Shown piece after piece: positions 32,741 to 41,767 of a DNA stretch of 64,000 nt. The DNA comes from Deltaproteobacteria bacterium (GTDB lineage Bacteria > Desulfobacterota_D > UBA1144 > Nemesobacterales > CSP1-2). The notes under the pieces were generated by a model. It was not told the origin of the DNA, did not search any database, and was given only the letters and a program-made list of their open reading frames with translations. The translations under genes were made by a program, and so were the position numbers. Numbering within the stretch: the stretch's first letter is position 1; each line of letters starts with the position of its first letter. The stretch lies in the NCBI GenBank assembly GCA_052390235.1, contig JBQTHB010000002.1, positions 128,001 through 192,000 on the forward strand, in the 5' to 3' direction.

Positions 32741-33949
32741 CTACCCCGCCCCGATGGCTCTCCGCATCGCCTCCGCTTTGAGTATAGTCTCCTCGTATTC
32801 CCTCTCCGGCACAGAATCCCACACGATGCCGCTTCCAGTCCAAAATGTGCCGCGTCCGCCCGTAGCGGCTAAAATCCTTATGGCTACGGAGAGCGTAAAA
32901 TCCCCGTCCGGCGAAAATAGCCCGATAGCGCCGCAGTAGGGGCCCCTTCTGTGCCGCTCTAGCTCGTTAATTATCTCGATAGCGCGTCTCTTCGGCGCTC
33001 CAGTAACCGAGCCGGGGGGAAAGGTTGCGCGGATTATTTCACTCACCGAGGCGTCCTGCCGTAATTCCCCTTCAATCTCGGAAACTAGCTGATGCAGAGT
33101 CGAATAGGATTCCACGCCGAAGAGCGTCTTCACCCCGACCGTGCCGTAGCGGCAGACCCGCGAGAGGTCGTTTCTCATGAGGTCAACTATCATCAGGTTC
33201 TCGGCGCGCTCCTTTTCGCTTTGGAGAAGCTCGACTCTAAGTCGGGAGTCCTCCTCTGGCAATGCAGAGCGCCTTATTGTGCCTTTGATGGGTTTTGTCG
33301 TGAGCCTGCGCCCCATTTTGCGCAGAAATAGCTCCATTGAGCCGCCAACGAGCTGAAACCCTCCGAAATCCATGTAGCAGGCAAAGGGAGTCGGCTGAAT
33401 CCGGTAGAGCCTCAGAAAATATAAAAGCGGGTGGGCGGCTAGTCTCGTTGAGAAAATTTGCGAGAGATTGGTCTGATAAATATCTCCGCGGGCGATATAT
33501 TCGCGCGCTCTCTTGACCATGCCGATATATTCGCGCTTAGCTGCGGCGCGTTCTACTTTCCTTACGCACATCGCGCAGGGTTCTTCCATTACGGGAATCA
33601 GTTCATGAATTTTCCCTCTGAAGACGTTTTCTCCTCGGTAAAATCCGAAGTAAAAATCCGGCAGATTCACCCCGGTTTTGGCACTGGATAGGGAAAAGCC
33701 CTGCTCGGTGAATTTCGAGAACTCATAGCCGATGTACCCTGCGGCGAATAGCCCCTCTGCTGTGTATCTCTCGAGGAGCAGGAGCGGGTCTTCGGCTGAT
33801 TCTAGCTCTCTGCCGTCTGCGAATTTTAATTTGACCCCTTCGCCGCCCGATGAAATTGACACCTCCGGCTCCCTGAGCGCCATGAACGATGCGCCGTCGC
33901 CCCCCGCCCATCCGCCGCCGGAATCCAAGAAAATAGCCGAAATGCCCAT
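32741..33949 (-). CDS. pabB: Aminodeoxychorismate/anthranilate synthase component I family
   Basis: GDIYQTNLS, KPIKGT, KERAENLMIVDLMRNDL, FPPGSVTGAPK, SVAIR. Confidence 0.85.
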   Translation of the reverse strand: MGISAIFLDSGGGWAGGDGASFMALREPEVSISSGGEGVKLKFADGRELESAEDPLLLLERYTAEGLFAAGYIGYEFSKFTEQGFSLSSAKTGVNLPDFYFGFYRGENVFRGKIHELIPVMEEPCAMCVRKVERAAAKREYIGMVKRAREYIARGDIYQTNLSQIFSTRLAAHPLLYFLRLYRIQPTPFACYMDFGGFQLVGGSMELFLRKMGRRLTTKPIKGTIRRSALPEEDSRLRVELLQSEKERAENLMIVDLMRNDLSRVCRYGTVGVKTLFGVESYSTLHQLVSEIEGELRQDASVSEIIRATFPPGSVTGAPKRRAIEIINELERHRRGPYCGAIGLFSPDGDFTLSVAIRILAATGGRGTFWTGSGIVWDSVPEREYEETILKAEAMRRAIGAG

Positions 33950-34043
33950 GACGATAGATTAGATTGGGGGAATGAAAACGCAAGCCGAAGATTCCGCGAA
34001 GAATCCGGCTGAGGCTCTAGACAATTCGACTCGCTCCCCAAAC

Positions 34044-34107
34044 TGTCATTTCGAGCGACTGGCGAGAAATCTCGCACCTCGCATCACGAATCTTGCATCC
34101 TGAACCA
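34044..34107 (+). repeat. Half of a GTCAT...GAAATCT-type palindromic element plus a heptamer array
   Basis: TGTCATTTCGAGCGACTGGCGAGAAATCT, then TCGCACC TCGCATC ACGAATC TTGCATC CTGAACC. Confidence 0.5.
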
Positions 34108-34111
34108 AAGC

Positions 34112-34140
34112 TAGACAACCCCTCGGTTTTTACTTAGAAT
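34112..34140 (+). promoter_or_regulatory. Sigma70 promoter for a probable leaderless transcript
   Basis: TAGACA-17-TAGAAT, 7 nt before ATG 34148, no SD. Confidence 0.65.
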
Positions 34141-34147
34141 ACCCGCC

Positions 34148-35299
34148 ATGCCGTCGAAATTATCCGAAGAAATCGCCCCTTTTTACGTTATGGACATATT
34201 GGAACGGGCGCATGAAATGGAGGCTAGGGGTGAGAGCGTAATACATTTTGAGGTCGGAGAGCCGCGCGACCAAACCCCCGTTGAGATTTGCGATGAAGCG
34301 GCGCGGGCTATCGGGCGCGGAGATACGAGATACACCCACAGCCTCGGCATCCCGGAACTCAGGGACGCCATATCCGAGGATCTGCGGGAGACCTACGGAG
34401 TCCGAATCCCGCCGGATAATATAGTTATCACGATGGGAAGCTCGCCCGCTCTGCTCCTGGCGTTTCTGTCCCTGCTCGATGCGGGAGACGAGATAATCAC
34501 CACGGACCCGCACTACGCCTGCTACCCTCAAATTATCAAAATCGCAGGCGGCGCCCCCAGCGCTGTGAGAATTTACGAACAAGAGGGGTTTCAGATTGAC
34601 GTCCGAAGGCTCAAACAAGCCATCTCGCCGAGAACCCGGGCGATTCTCATAAACTCTCCCGCAAATCCCACGGGAGCGGTGCTACTGCCGGAGGTGATGA
34701 GTGATATCTGCAGCATCGGACTGCCGGTGGTGTCGGATGAAATCTATCATGGGCTGGTGTATGACGGGGCGCAGGCGCACTCGATTTATGAATTTACCGA
34801 GAGCGCGTTTCTCATAAACGGGTTCTCAAAATTCTATTCCATGACCGGATGGAGGCTCGGATACCTTGCCGCCCCGAGGGAATTTATACGCCCGATACAA
34901 AAACTCCAGCAAAATCTCTTTATCTCCCCGAATTCCTTCGTGCAGAGGGCTGGAGTCGCCGCTATCAGACGCGCTAAACCCAAGGCTCAGGAGATGGTCG
35001 AGCTATTCGCCCAGAGACGGGCGAAGATGCTCGGAGGGCTTAGAGCGCTCGGCTTTGAGATAAAATCCGAGCCGAAGGGGGCGTTTTACGTTTTCGTCAA
35101 CGCTAAAGCGCTAGGGGGCGACTCCCTGGCGCTCGCATTCGACATACTGCGCAAAGCCCGCGTAGGGGTTACGCCGGGGATTGACTTCGGACGGGGCGGA
35201 GAGGGGTATCTGCGCTTCTCCTACACGACTTCAGTCGAGAATATTGAAGAAGGGATGAGGCGGCTTAAAATCTATATGGACGGAAAAAGGGAAGTTTAA
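34148..35299 (+). CDS. PLP-dependent class I/II aminotransferase
   Basis: GEP, NSPANPTG, SDEIY, GFSKFYSMTGWRLG, GAFY, YLRFS. Confidence 0.93.
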   Translation: MPSKLSEEIAPFYVMDILERAHEMEARGESVIHFEVGEPRDQTPVEICDEAARAIGRGDTRYTHSLGIPELRDAISEDLRETYGVRIPPDNIVITMGSSPALLLAFLSLLDAGDEIITTDPHYACYPQIIKIAGGAPSAVRIYEQEGFQIDVRRLKQAISPRTRAILINSPANPTGAVLLPEVMSDICSIGLPVVSDEIYHGLVYDGAQAHSIYEFTESAFLINGFSKFYSMTGWRLGYLAAPREFIRPIQKLQQNLFISPNSFVQRAGVAAIRRAKPKAQEMVELFAQRRAKMLGGLRALGFEIKSEPKGAFYVFVNAKALGGDSLALAFDILRKARVGVTPGIDFGRGGEGYLRFSYTTSVENIEEGMRRLKIYMDGKREV

Positions 35300-36495
35300 T
35301 GAAATTGGTCTCGATTGACGAAGTAGATATAAAGGAAAAGAGAGTGCTTATAAGAGTGGATTTTAACGTGCCGCTCACTAGGGACGGCGAAGTTCGGGAT
35401 GATTCGAGAATCCGCGCCGCGCTCCCGACGATAAATTACGCCATCCGAGAGAAGGCAAGGGTCATCATCGCCTCTCATCTGGGGCGTCCAGCGGGGAAAC
35501 CTAACGCTAAGCTGAGCCTTATGCCCGTGGGCAGGAGACTCTCCGAGCTGTTAGATGCCCAGGTGTTTTTCCCAGAGGACTGCGTAGGCGATGCGGCGAA
35601 GAAAATCGCGTCCGAGATGCCCGATGGAAGCGTAATGCTCCTTGAAAATCTGAGATTCCAGCGCGAGGAAGAAGAGAACAGCCCCGTTTTTGCTAAGCGG
35701 CTCGCCTCCATCGCCGACGTCTATGTGAACGAGGCTTTCTCGGTCTCGCATCGCGCCCATGCGTCAACTGCGGAGATACTCAACTACAGAGAGGCCGCCG
35801 CCGTAGGGTTTCAGTTTATAAGAGAAATCGAAGCCCTCAGCCGTATCACCGAGACCTCCCAGCGGCCGTTTGTCGCCGTTTTCGGGGGCAGGAGCGCGTC
35901 CGAGAAAATACCGCTCATGGAGAGCCTGCTTGAAAAGGTGGACTCGTTCCTAGTCGGAGGAGCGGTCGCCAATACATTCGTCAAGGCGATGAAGCATGAA
36001 ATTGGCAATTCCTCTGTGGACGAGATGGCGCTCTATTCGGCTTCAAAGCTCATATCCTCGGCAAAGGTGAGGAATATACGTTTTGCCCTCCCCGACGACT
36101 TCGCCGTTATCAAGAGCGATTTGTACAATTACTCGAATTTCGATATAATTCCCGCTGCTGCGATGCCGAAAAACGGAGTCGCGGTTGACATCGGCGGCAA
36201 AACCTCGGAGTATTTCAGCTCCATAATATCAAGGGCGAAAACCGTTTTTTGGAACGGCGTGGTGGGAGTGGTAGAAAAAGAGGATTTCAGGCGCGGCACG
36301 GAGGCGCTAGCCCGCTCCATAGCAGATTCTGGGGCGTTTAGCGTTGCGGCAGGGTGGGACACCGTAGCGGCGATTGAAAAGGCGGGCTTGGGCGGCAGGT
36401 TCGCTCATCTGTCCATGGGCGGGCAGGCGGCACTCGATTTTATCGCTGGCTCGGAGTTGCCGGCGCTCTCTGCCCTTCGGAAAAAATTCGGATGA
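35299..36495 (+). CDS. pgk: Phosphoglycerate kinase family protein with degenerate nucleotide-binding motifs
   Basis: RVDFNVP, SHLGRP, LENLRF, HRAHAS intact; C-domain motifs altered; located upstream of tpiA. Confidence 0.85.
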   Translation: MKLVSIDEVDIKEKRVLIRVDFNVPLTRDGEVRDDSRIRAALPTINYAIREKARVIIASHLGRPAGKPNAKLSLMPVGRRLSELLDAQVFFPEDCVGDAAKKIASEMPDGSVMLLENLRFQREEEENSPVFAKRLASIADVYVNEAFSVSHRAHASTAEILNYREAAAVGFQFIREIEALSRITETSQRPFVAVFGGRSASEKIPLMESLLEKVDSFLVGGAVANTFVKAMKHEIGNSSVDEMALYSASKLISSAKVRNIRFALPDDFAVIKSDLYNYSNFDIIPAAAMPKNGVAVDIGGKTSEYFSSIISRAKTVFWNGVVGVVEKEDFRRGTEALARSIADSGAFSVAAGWDTVAAIEKAGLGGRFAHLSMGGQAALDFIAGSELPALSALRKKFG

Positions 36496-37253
36496 AAAGA
36501 GTTCTCATCGTCGGAAATTGGAAGCTACATCTGCTCAAGACTGAAGCCTGCGAGCTTGCGGATAGAATCGCCGGGCTTCTAGGCGGCAGTCCCATCCCCT
36601 CGGTTGATGTGGTCGTCGCCCCGGCTTATACTCTCCTCGATGCGGTTTATAGCCGGATAAAAGACACGCCTATAGAACTCGGCGCTCAGAACGCGTTTTG
36701 GGAAGAGGAGGGCGCATATACGGGCGAGGTTTCCTGCGGGATGCTCAGAGAGGCGGGGTGCAGATGGGTCATCGTCGGGCATTCGGAGAGGAGAAAAATC
36801 CTCGGCGAGACCGACACGATGGTAAGAAAAAAAACCGCCGCCGCCCTTAACTCCGGCATCATTCCCATAGTCTGCGTCGGTGAAACCCTCGATGAGAGGC
36901 AGTCCGGGAGTACGATTGCAATTATAGAGAGGCAAATATACGAAGGGTTGCAGGGAATTGCCCTTTTCTCGGCAGAAAGCCTCGTCGTCGCCTACGAGCC
37001 CATCTGGGCAATTGGCACGGGGTGCCACGCCACGGCTGACGAAGCCCAGAATGTACACTCGGTCATTCGCCACAGCCTGAGGCGAATTTTCGGCGACATC
37101 GGGCGCAATATTAAAATCCTCTACGGCGGGAGCGTAACGGACGAAAGCATAAAAGAGATGCTCGCTCCGCCGGACATTGACGGGGCGCTAGTGGGAGGGG
37201 CGAGTCTGCGCGCCGAGACATTTGCAAAAATAGTTCAATTATCGGGAGAATAA
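36492..37253 (+). CDS. tpiA: Triosephosphate isomerase
   Basis: GNWK, GHSERR, AYEPIWAIGTG, YGGSV, LVGGASL. Confidence 0.97.
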   Translation: MKRVLIVGNWKLHLLKTEACELADRIAGLLGGSPIPSVDVVVAPAYTLLDAVYSRIKDTPIELGAQNAFWEEEGAYTGEVSCGMLREAGCRWVIVGHSERRKILGETDTMVRKKTAAALNSGIIPIVCVGETLDERQSGSTIAIIERQIYEGLQGIALFSAESLVVAYEPIWAIGTGCHATADEAQNVHSVIRHSLRRIFGDIGRNIKILYGGSVTDESIKEMLAPPDIDGALVGGASLRAETFAKIVQLSGE

Positions 37254-37254
37254 A

Positions 37255-37704
37255 TTGGAAATCCTAATTACGCTTGTAAAAGTCATTCACATAGTAGTGA
37301 GCCTGCTTCTCATCATAACGGTTCTGCTTCAACCGGGAAAGGGCGGAGATTTAGGCTCGGTGTTCGGAGGGGGAGCGTCGGAGTCCATATTTGGCGCAAG
37401 CGGCGCGGTGCCTTTCCTAACGAAATTCACTAGGATTCTCGCCGCTCTGTTTATTACGACCTCGCTTTCGCTCGGCTACTTCTCTGCCCAAAGCGTAACG
37501 GCATCGGTGGTTGAAGACGCGCTGATTCCTCCTATTACGTCTCCGCTCGAAAGCCCTGCTTCTGCGCTGGAGACGCCAGCGGCTCCCGCGCAGGAATCGC
37601 AGGTTCTATCCCCTGATGAGGTATCGGACGCGGCGCCTGCGGCGGAGGTAGGAGAGGTTTCGCCATCGCCAGAAGCGGAGTCCAGCGGCGGGGCGGCTCA
37701 GTAA
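37255..37704 (+). CDS. secG: Preprotein translocase subunit SecG
   Basis: VLLQPGKGGDLGSVFGGG, two TM helices, acidic tail; follows tpiA. Confidence 0.93.
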   Translation: MEILITLVKVIHIVVSLLLIITVLLQPGKGGDLGSVFGGGASESIFGASGAVPFLTKFTRILAALFITTSLSLGYFSAQSVTASVVEDALIPPITSPLESPASALETPAAPAQESQVLSPDEVSDAAPAAEVGEVSPSPEAESSGGAAQ

Positions 37705-37782
37705 CGGGGGGGTGGCGTCTCTCTTGCGCGCAATGGACGCTTGATGTATTGTTATCGGGACACAATAGAGGAGGTTTTGAGT

Positions 37783-38049
37783 ATGACTTACATTATTGCA
37801 GAGCCTTGCATCGGAGTTAAGGATAAAGCGTGCGTCGAGGCTTGTCCGGTTGACTGCATCTATGAGATAAACGACCAGCTTCTCATTCACCCGGACGAGT
37901 GTATTGACTGCGGCGCTTGTGTTGACCCCTGTCCGGTTGACGCGATATTCCATGAAGATGAACTGCCAGACAAGTGGAAAAATTTTATTGAAAAAAATAA
38001 AAGCTACTTTGTGGGTAAATCCGGTCTTAGCCCTGCGCGCAAGGACTAG
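37783..38049 (+). CDS. fdxA: Dicluster (7Fe/8Fe) ferredoxin, FdxA type
   Basis: [42 protein letters not shown]. Confidence 0.92.
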   Translation: MTYIIAEPCIGVKDKACVEACPVDCIYEINDQLLIHPDECIDCGACVDPCPVDAIFHEDELPDKWKNFIEKNKSYFVGKSGLSPARKD

Positions 38050-38166
38050 CCGCTTCGCTCGCATAAAAGATTCATAGGAGATTTCGGCGATAGCACGGGA
38101 GGGGATGCGTTTCGGCGTACATATCCTCTCTTTTTTTACTCAATATTTCCCCATTGGCTCGCGGCA

Positions 38167-38817
38167 ATGTTCCATAACGAGGATGCCTCATTGCAGAAAA
38201 TCAGGGCTCGGGAGATTATCTCCCACCTCAGAGTGCTGTATCCAAACGCCAAGTGTCATCTCAGCTATCGAACCCCTCTGGAGCTTCTCATAGGCTGCAT
38301 ACTCTCGGCCCAATGCGCCGACGAGAGGGTGAATCAGGTAACGCCCGCGCTGTTTGCCAAGTATAAAAACGCATCAGATTTTGCCCGCGCCGACCAAGCC
38401 GAACTCGAATCCGAAATCTACTCGACAGGTTTTTTTAGGAACAAGGCGCGCTCCATTATAAGCTGTAGCAGGACGCTTGCCGAGAGCTACGGCGGGGAAA
38501 TCCCAAGAACTATGGAGGGGTTGACCCTCCTTAGCGGCGTGGGAAGGAAAACCGCAAATGTCATCCTCGCAAACGCCTATGCAATTCCGGGGGTCATCGT
38601 TGACACTCATATAAAAAGGCTCGCGGCAAGGCTCGGGCTCACGGCAAAATCCGACCCTGAGAAAATCGAATTCGACCTCATGGAAATAGTCCCTAAAGAG
38701 GAGTGGACGTATTTCTCAAACGCCCTCGGAGACCACGGACGCGAAATCTGCAAAGCTAGAAAACCCATGTGCGGAGAGTGCCGAATCAGCCCCCTCTGCC
38801 CGTCGAGAGAATCTTAA
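38167..38817 (+). CDS. nth: Endonuclease III
   Basis: LSAQ, HhH GVGRKTAN, VDTH, C-X6-C-X2-C-X5-C. Confidence 0.95.
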   Translation: MFHNEDASLQKIRAREIISHLRVLYPNAKCHLSYRTPLELLIGCILSAQCADERVNQVTPALFAKYKNASDFARADQAELESEIYSTGFFRNKARSIISCSRTLAESYGGEIPRTMEGLTLLSGVGRKTANVILANAYAIPGVIVDTHIKRLAARLGLTAKSDPEKIEFDLMEIVPKEEWTYFSNALGDHGREICKARKPMCGECRISPLCPSRES

Positions 38818-38907
38818 GCTGGCGGGAGATTTTAAGGCAGGCGGCGGGATGCCCGCGCGATAGAGCGGTTGAGCATCACGGGTCTTAAAAATAATCAATT
38901 TAGCGCA

Positions 38908-39834
38908 ATGGATAAGAGATACAACTCCTACGGAAACTATCTAAAGGAAAAATTCGGATGCCGAGTGCATAAGGTCTCGGTGGACGTGGGTTTCACCTGC
39001 CCCAACCGCGACGGGAATATCGCCCGCGGAGGGTGCGTCTATTGCAATAATTCGAGTTTCACTCCCCCCTACGCGCGCGCCCGCTTAACTATGCGGGAGC
39101 AAATTGAGCACGGCGCCGCCTATCTCAGGCGCAGATTCAACGCCAAGCAGTTCATCGTCTATTTTCAAGCCTACACGAACACCTACGACGACGATGTCGA
39201 AAAGCTCGAGAGGCTCTACAGAGAAGCCCTAGCCTTTGATGGAGTCGTGGGAATCGCCATCGGCACCCGCTCGGACTGCGTTGACGAGGAGAAAATCCGC
39301 CTCTTCGAGGAACTCGCAAAGGAGAGCTACGTAACGCTCGAATACGGAATTGAATCAATTTATGATAAAACCCTCGCCTACATGAACCGCGGACACGACT
39401 ACCAATCCGTCGTAGAGGCGATAGGGCTCACAAAGGGACGAGGCATTGACATCGGCGCGCACGTCATCGCTGGATTCCCCACGGAGACCGAAGAGGAGAC
39501 GCTCAACATGGCTGGCGAGGTCTCGAATCTGGGAGTGAATTTCCTCAAGATTCACAACCTGCACATCGTGAGGAACACCCCACTTCAGAGGATGTACGCA
39601 AAAGAGCCGTTTCATCTGTTCGGATTCGATGAGTATCTCGATTTTGTGGTGAGATTTCTCGAGCGCACCGCGCCGAATATTATCATTGAGAGGCTCTTTA
39701 CGGACACCCCCAAGGACCTGCTCATCGCGCCTGTGTGGAATAAATCACATAATGAAATTTTGGCGGCGATTGAATACGAGCTTTGCAGGCGGGACACTTA
39801 TCAGGGGAAACTATTCAAAAATGCGGCTCAGTAA
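38908..39834 (+). CDS. Radical SAM protein, YhcC/TIGR01212 family
   Basis: GFTCPNRDG...GGCVYC, YFQAYTNTY, GTRSDC, NRGH. Confidence 0.92.
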   Translation: MDKRYNSYGNYLKEKFGCRVHKVSVDVGFTCPNRDGNIARGGCVYCNNSSFTPPYARARLTMREQIEHGAAYLRRRFNAKQFIVYFQAYTNTYDDDVEKLERLYREALAFDGVVGIAIGTRSDCVDEEKIRLFEELAKESYVTLEYGIESIYDKTLAYMNRGHDYQSVVEAIGLTKGRGIDIGAHVIAGFPTETEEETLNMAGEVSNLGVNFLKIHNLHIVRNTPLQRMYAKEPFHLFGFDEYLDFVVRFLERTAPNIIIERLFTDTPKDLLIAPVWNKSHNEILAAIEYELCRRDTYQGKLFKNAAQ

Positions 39835-39875
39835 CCCTCTGGAGTTGCCGCTGGCATTGACTTAGCGCCCGTGTA

Positions 39876-40136
39876 TTAACTCGGCCCCTCGTCCTCGCTG
39901 GGCGCGGGTTTAGGCTCCGGTTTTTTCGCCTCTTTCTTCTGATTGGCGGCAGTGGCGGCTACTTCTTCCATTTCTGCTTCTGTGTCAATAGTTTGGCGGA
40001 GGTCGTCTTTAGCCCTCTGAAGCTCTCTCATCCCTCTGCCGAGGGTTCTGGCAAGTTTCGGGATTTCCTTTGGCCCGAGAATCAGGAGGGCAATCACAAA
40101 TATTATAAGCAGCTCGCTTGTTCCGATTCCAAACAT
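39876..40136 (-). CDS. Twin-arginine translocase TatA/TatB family subunit
   Basis: MFGIGTSEL...LGPKEIPKLARTLG. Confidence 0.9.
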   Translation of the reverse strand: MFGIGTSELLIIFVIALLILGPKEIPKLARTLGRGMRELQRAKDDLRQTIDTEAEMEEVAATAANQKKEAKKPEPKPAPSEDEGPS

Positions 40137-40302
40137 CGCTTTGAGAACTTCCTAAGCTATTAGAGTTAAGTTAAACCTATCACAAATAGCCCCGCTTGTA
40201 CAATACGCCAACTCCCCCCCACTGCCTTGACATGAGACACGCTTCTATTTAGCCTAAACCATCGAGACAAGCATCACATACAACTAAGGAGGCACATCAA
40301 TA

Positions 40303-40821
40303 ATGGCAGAAGAGAGAAAAGACGCAATCACAATGGGCGGCAATCCCGTTACCCTCGTCGGAGGGGAGGTCAAAGCTGGGGACAAAGCCCCTGATTTTCA
40401 CGGGTTCCAGAAATTTGCAAGCCCCATTTCGCTCGGCGATTTAAGGGACAAAGTCAAGGTATTCAACGTCATCGTGTCGGTTGACACTCCCATATGCGAT
40501 GTGCAGACCAGACGCTTCAATGAAGAGGCGGCGAAATTCCCCGGGGATGTGGAAATCTTCACCGTAAGCATGGATCTTCCCTTCGCAATGAGCCGTTACT
40601 GCGGGGCGGCTGGAATTGACAAAATAAAAAACATCTCCGACTACAAGGACGCGTCCTTCGGGGAAGCCTACGGAGTGTTAATAAAAGAGCATCGCCTGCT
40701 TGCAAGGGCTATATTTATCGTGGATAAGAACGACACTGTAAAATACGCCGAATATGTTAAAGAGGTAACGGATCATCCCGACTACGACTCGGCGCTTTCG
40801 GCTATTAAGAGCTTGGCGTAA
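40303..40821 (+). CDS. tpx: Thiol peroxidase
   Basis: SVDTPICDVQTRRFN, SMDLPFA, RYC, LLARA, PDYD. Confidence 0.95.
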   Translation: MAEERKDAITMGGNPVTLVGGEVKAGDKAPDFHGFQKFASPISLGDLRDKVKVFNVIVSVDTPICDVQTRRFNEEAAKFPGDVEIFTVSMDLPFAMSRYCGAAGIDKIKNISDYKDASFGEAYGVLIKEHRLLARAIFIVDKNDTVKYAEYVKEVTDHPDYDSALSAIKSLA

Positions 40822-40914
40822 GAGAGTGCGGCGAAATTCCCCGGGGGACTTGGAAGCCCTTAGCGCGGTGCCAAGGGCTTCCGCCGCGTAATAACAGCTC
40901 GGAGGGCAGTTAAT

Positions 40915-41598
40915 ATGGGGCTACTGTCGAGGCTTTTCGGCATAGAAGAGAAGAAAAAAGCGGACGATAAAAAAAGACCAGCACCGGAAAAACCCAAATC
41001 AGACATAACGCCTCCGCTGATTAAAAGCGCCTCGGTCTCGGACTCGGAGAAAAACAGGGGCAGTGATTCGCCTTCTTCCAAACCCGTGAATACGCCAAAG
41101 CCCGCCGAGGTGGCAGAACCGCTTCCCGACGCTTCCTCGAAAACCGAGATTTCCAAGGCGGCGCAAAGCCCGAAGACCGAAAATATCTACCACCTTGATA
41201 TCATAGCGGACGACGGCTCAGGGGCGGATAAAATGAATATCGGGAGGGTGAAGATGACAAATCAAACAGAAAATAAAAACGCTTTCGCGCCCCCTGAAGC
41301 GGTGCAGGAGGCGAAGATTCTAGAAGTCCTAAGCGATGTCTATGACCCGGAAATCCCGATAGACATTGTAAATTTGGGGCTGATTTACGGCGTGGAAGTT
41401 CAGGGCGGACGAGTGGTTGTGAAAATGACTATGACCGCCCCCGGATGCCCGTCTTCGGCTCAGATGGCGGCCGAGGCAAAGGCGCTTATCGAGGAGCTTC
41501 CAGGCGTGAGGGAGGCGGCTATAGAGATTGTGTGGGAGCCGCCATGGGATCCAAGCCGCATGAGCGAGGACGCAAAGCAGAGCTTGGGATACGTTTAA
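40915..41598 (+). CDS. SufT/DUF59 Fe-S assembly factor with long N-terminal extension (second possible start 41254)
   Basis: VYDPEIPIDIVNLGLIY, TMTAPGCP, VWEPPW. Confidence 0.85.
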   Translation: MGLLSRLFGIEEKKKADDKKRPAPEKPKSDITPPLIKSASVSDSEKNRGSDSPSSKPVNTPKPAEVAEPLPDASSKTEISKAAQSPKTENIYHLDIIADDGSGADKMNIGRVKMTNQTENKNAFAPPEAVQEAKILEVLSDVYDPEIPIDIVNLGLIYGVEVQGGRVVVKMTMTAPGCPSSAQMAAEAKALIEELPGVREAAIEIVWEPPWDPSRMSEDAKQSLGYV

Positions 41599-41767
41599 TC
41601 TCCCCCCTGATTGCGGCATTTTATCTCGCATCGCGCGCTCGCAAAATCGCCGCGTATTAGACCAGCCGCAGTTGCCGCGCCCGGTCGCGCTCTGCCTAGT
41701 GAATCCCTCGAGCTTGCGGGGTTTTCTGCGGCGATAATTCCCGGCGCATCAGGTAAATTTAGAGCCT

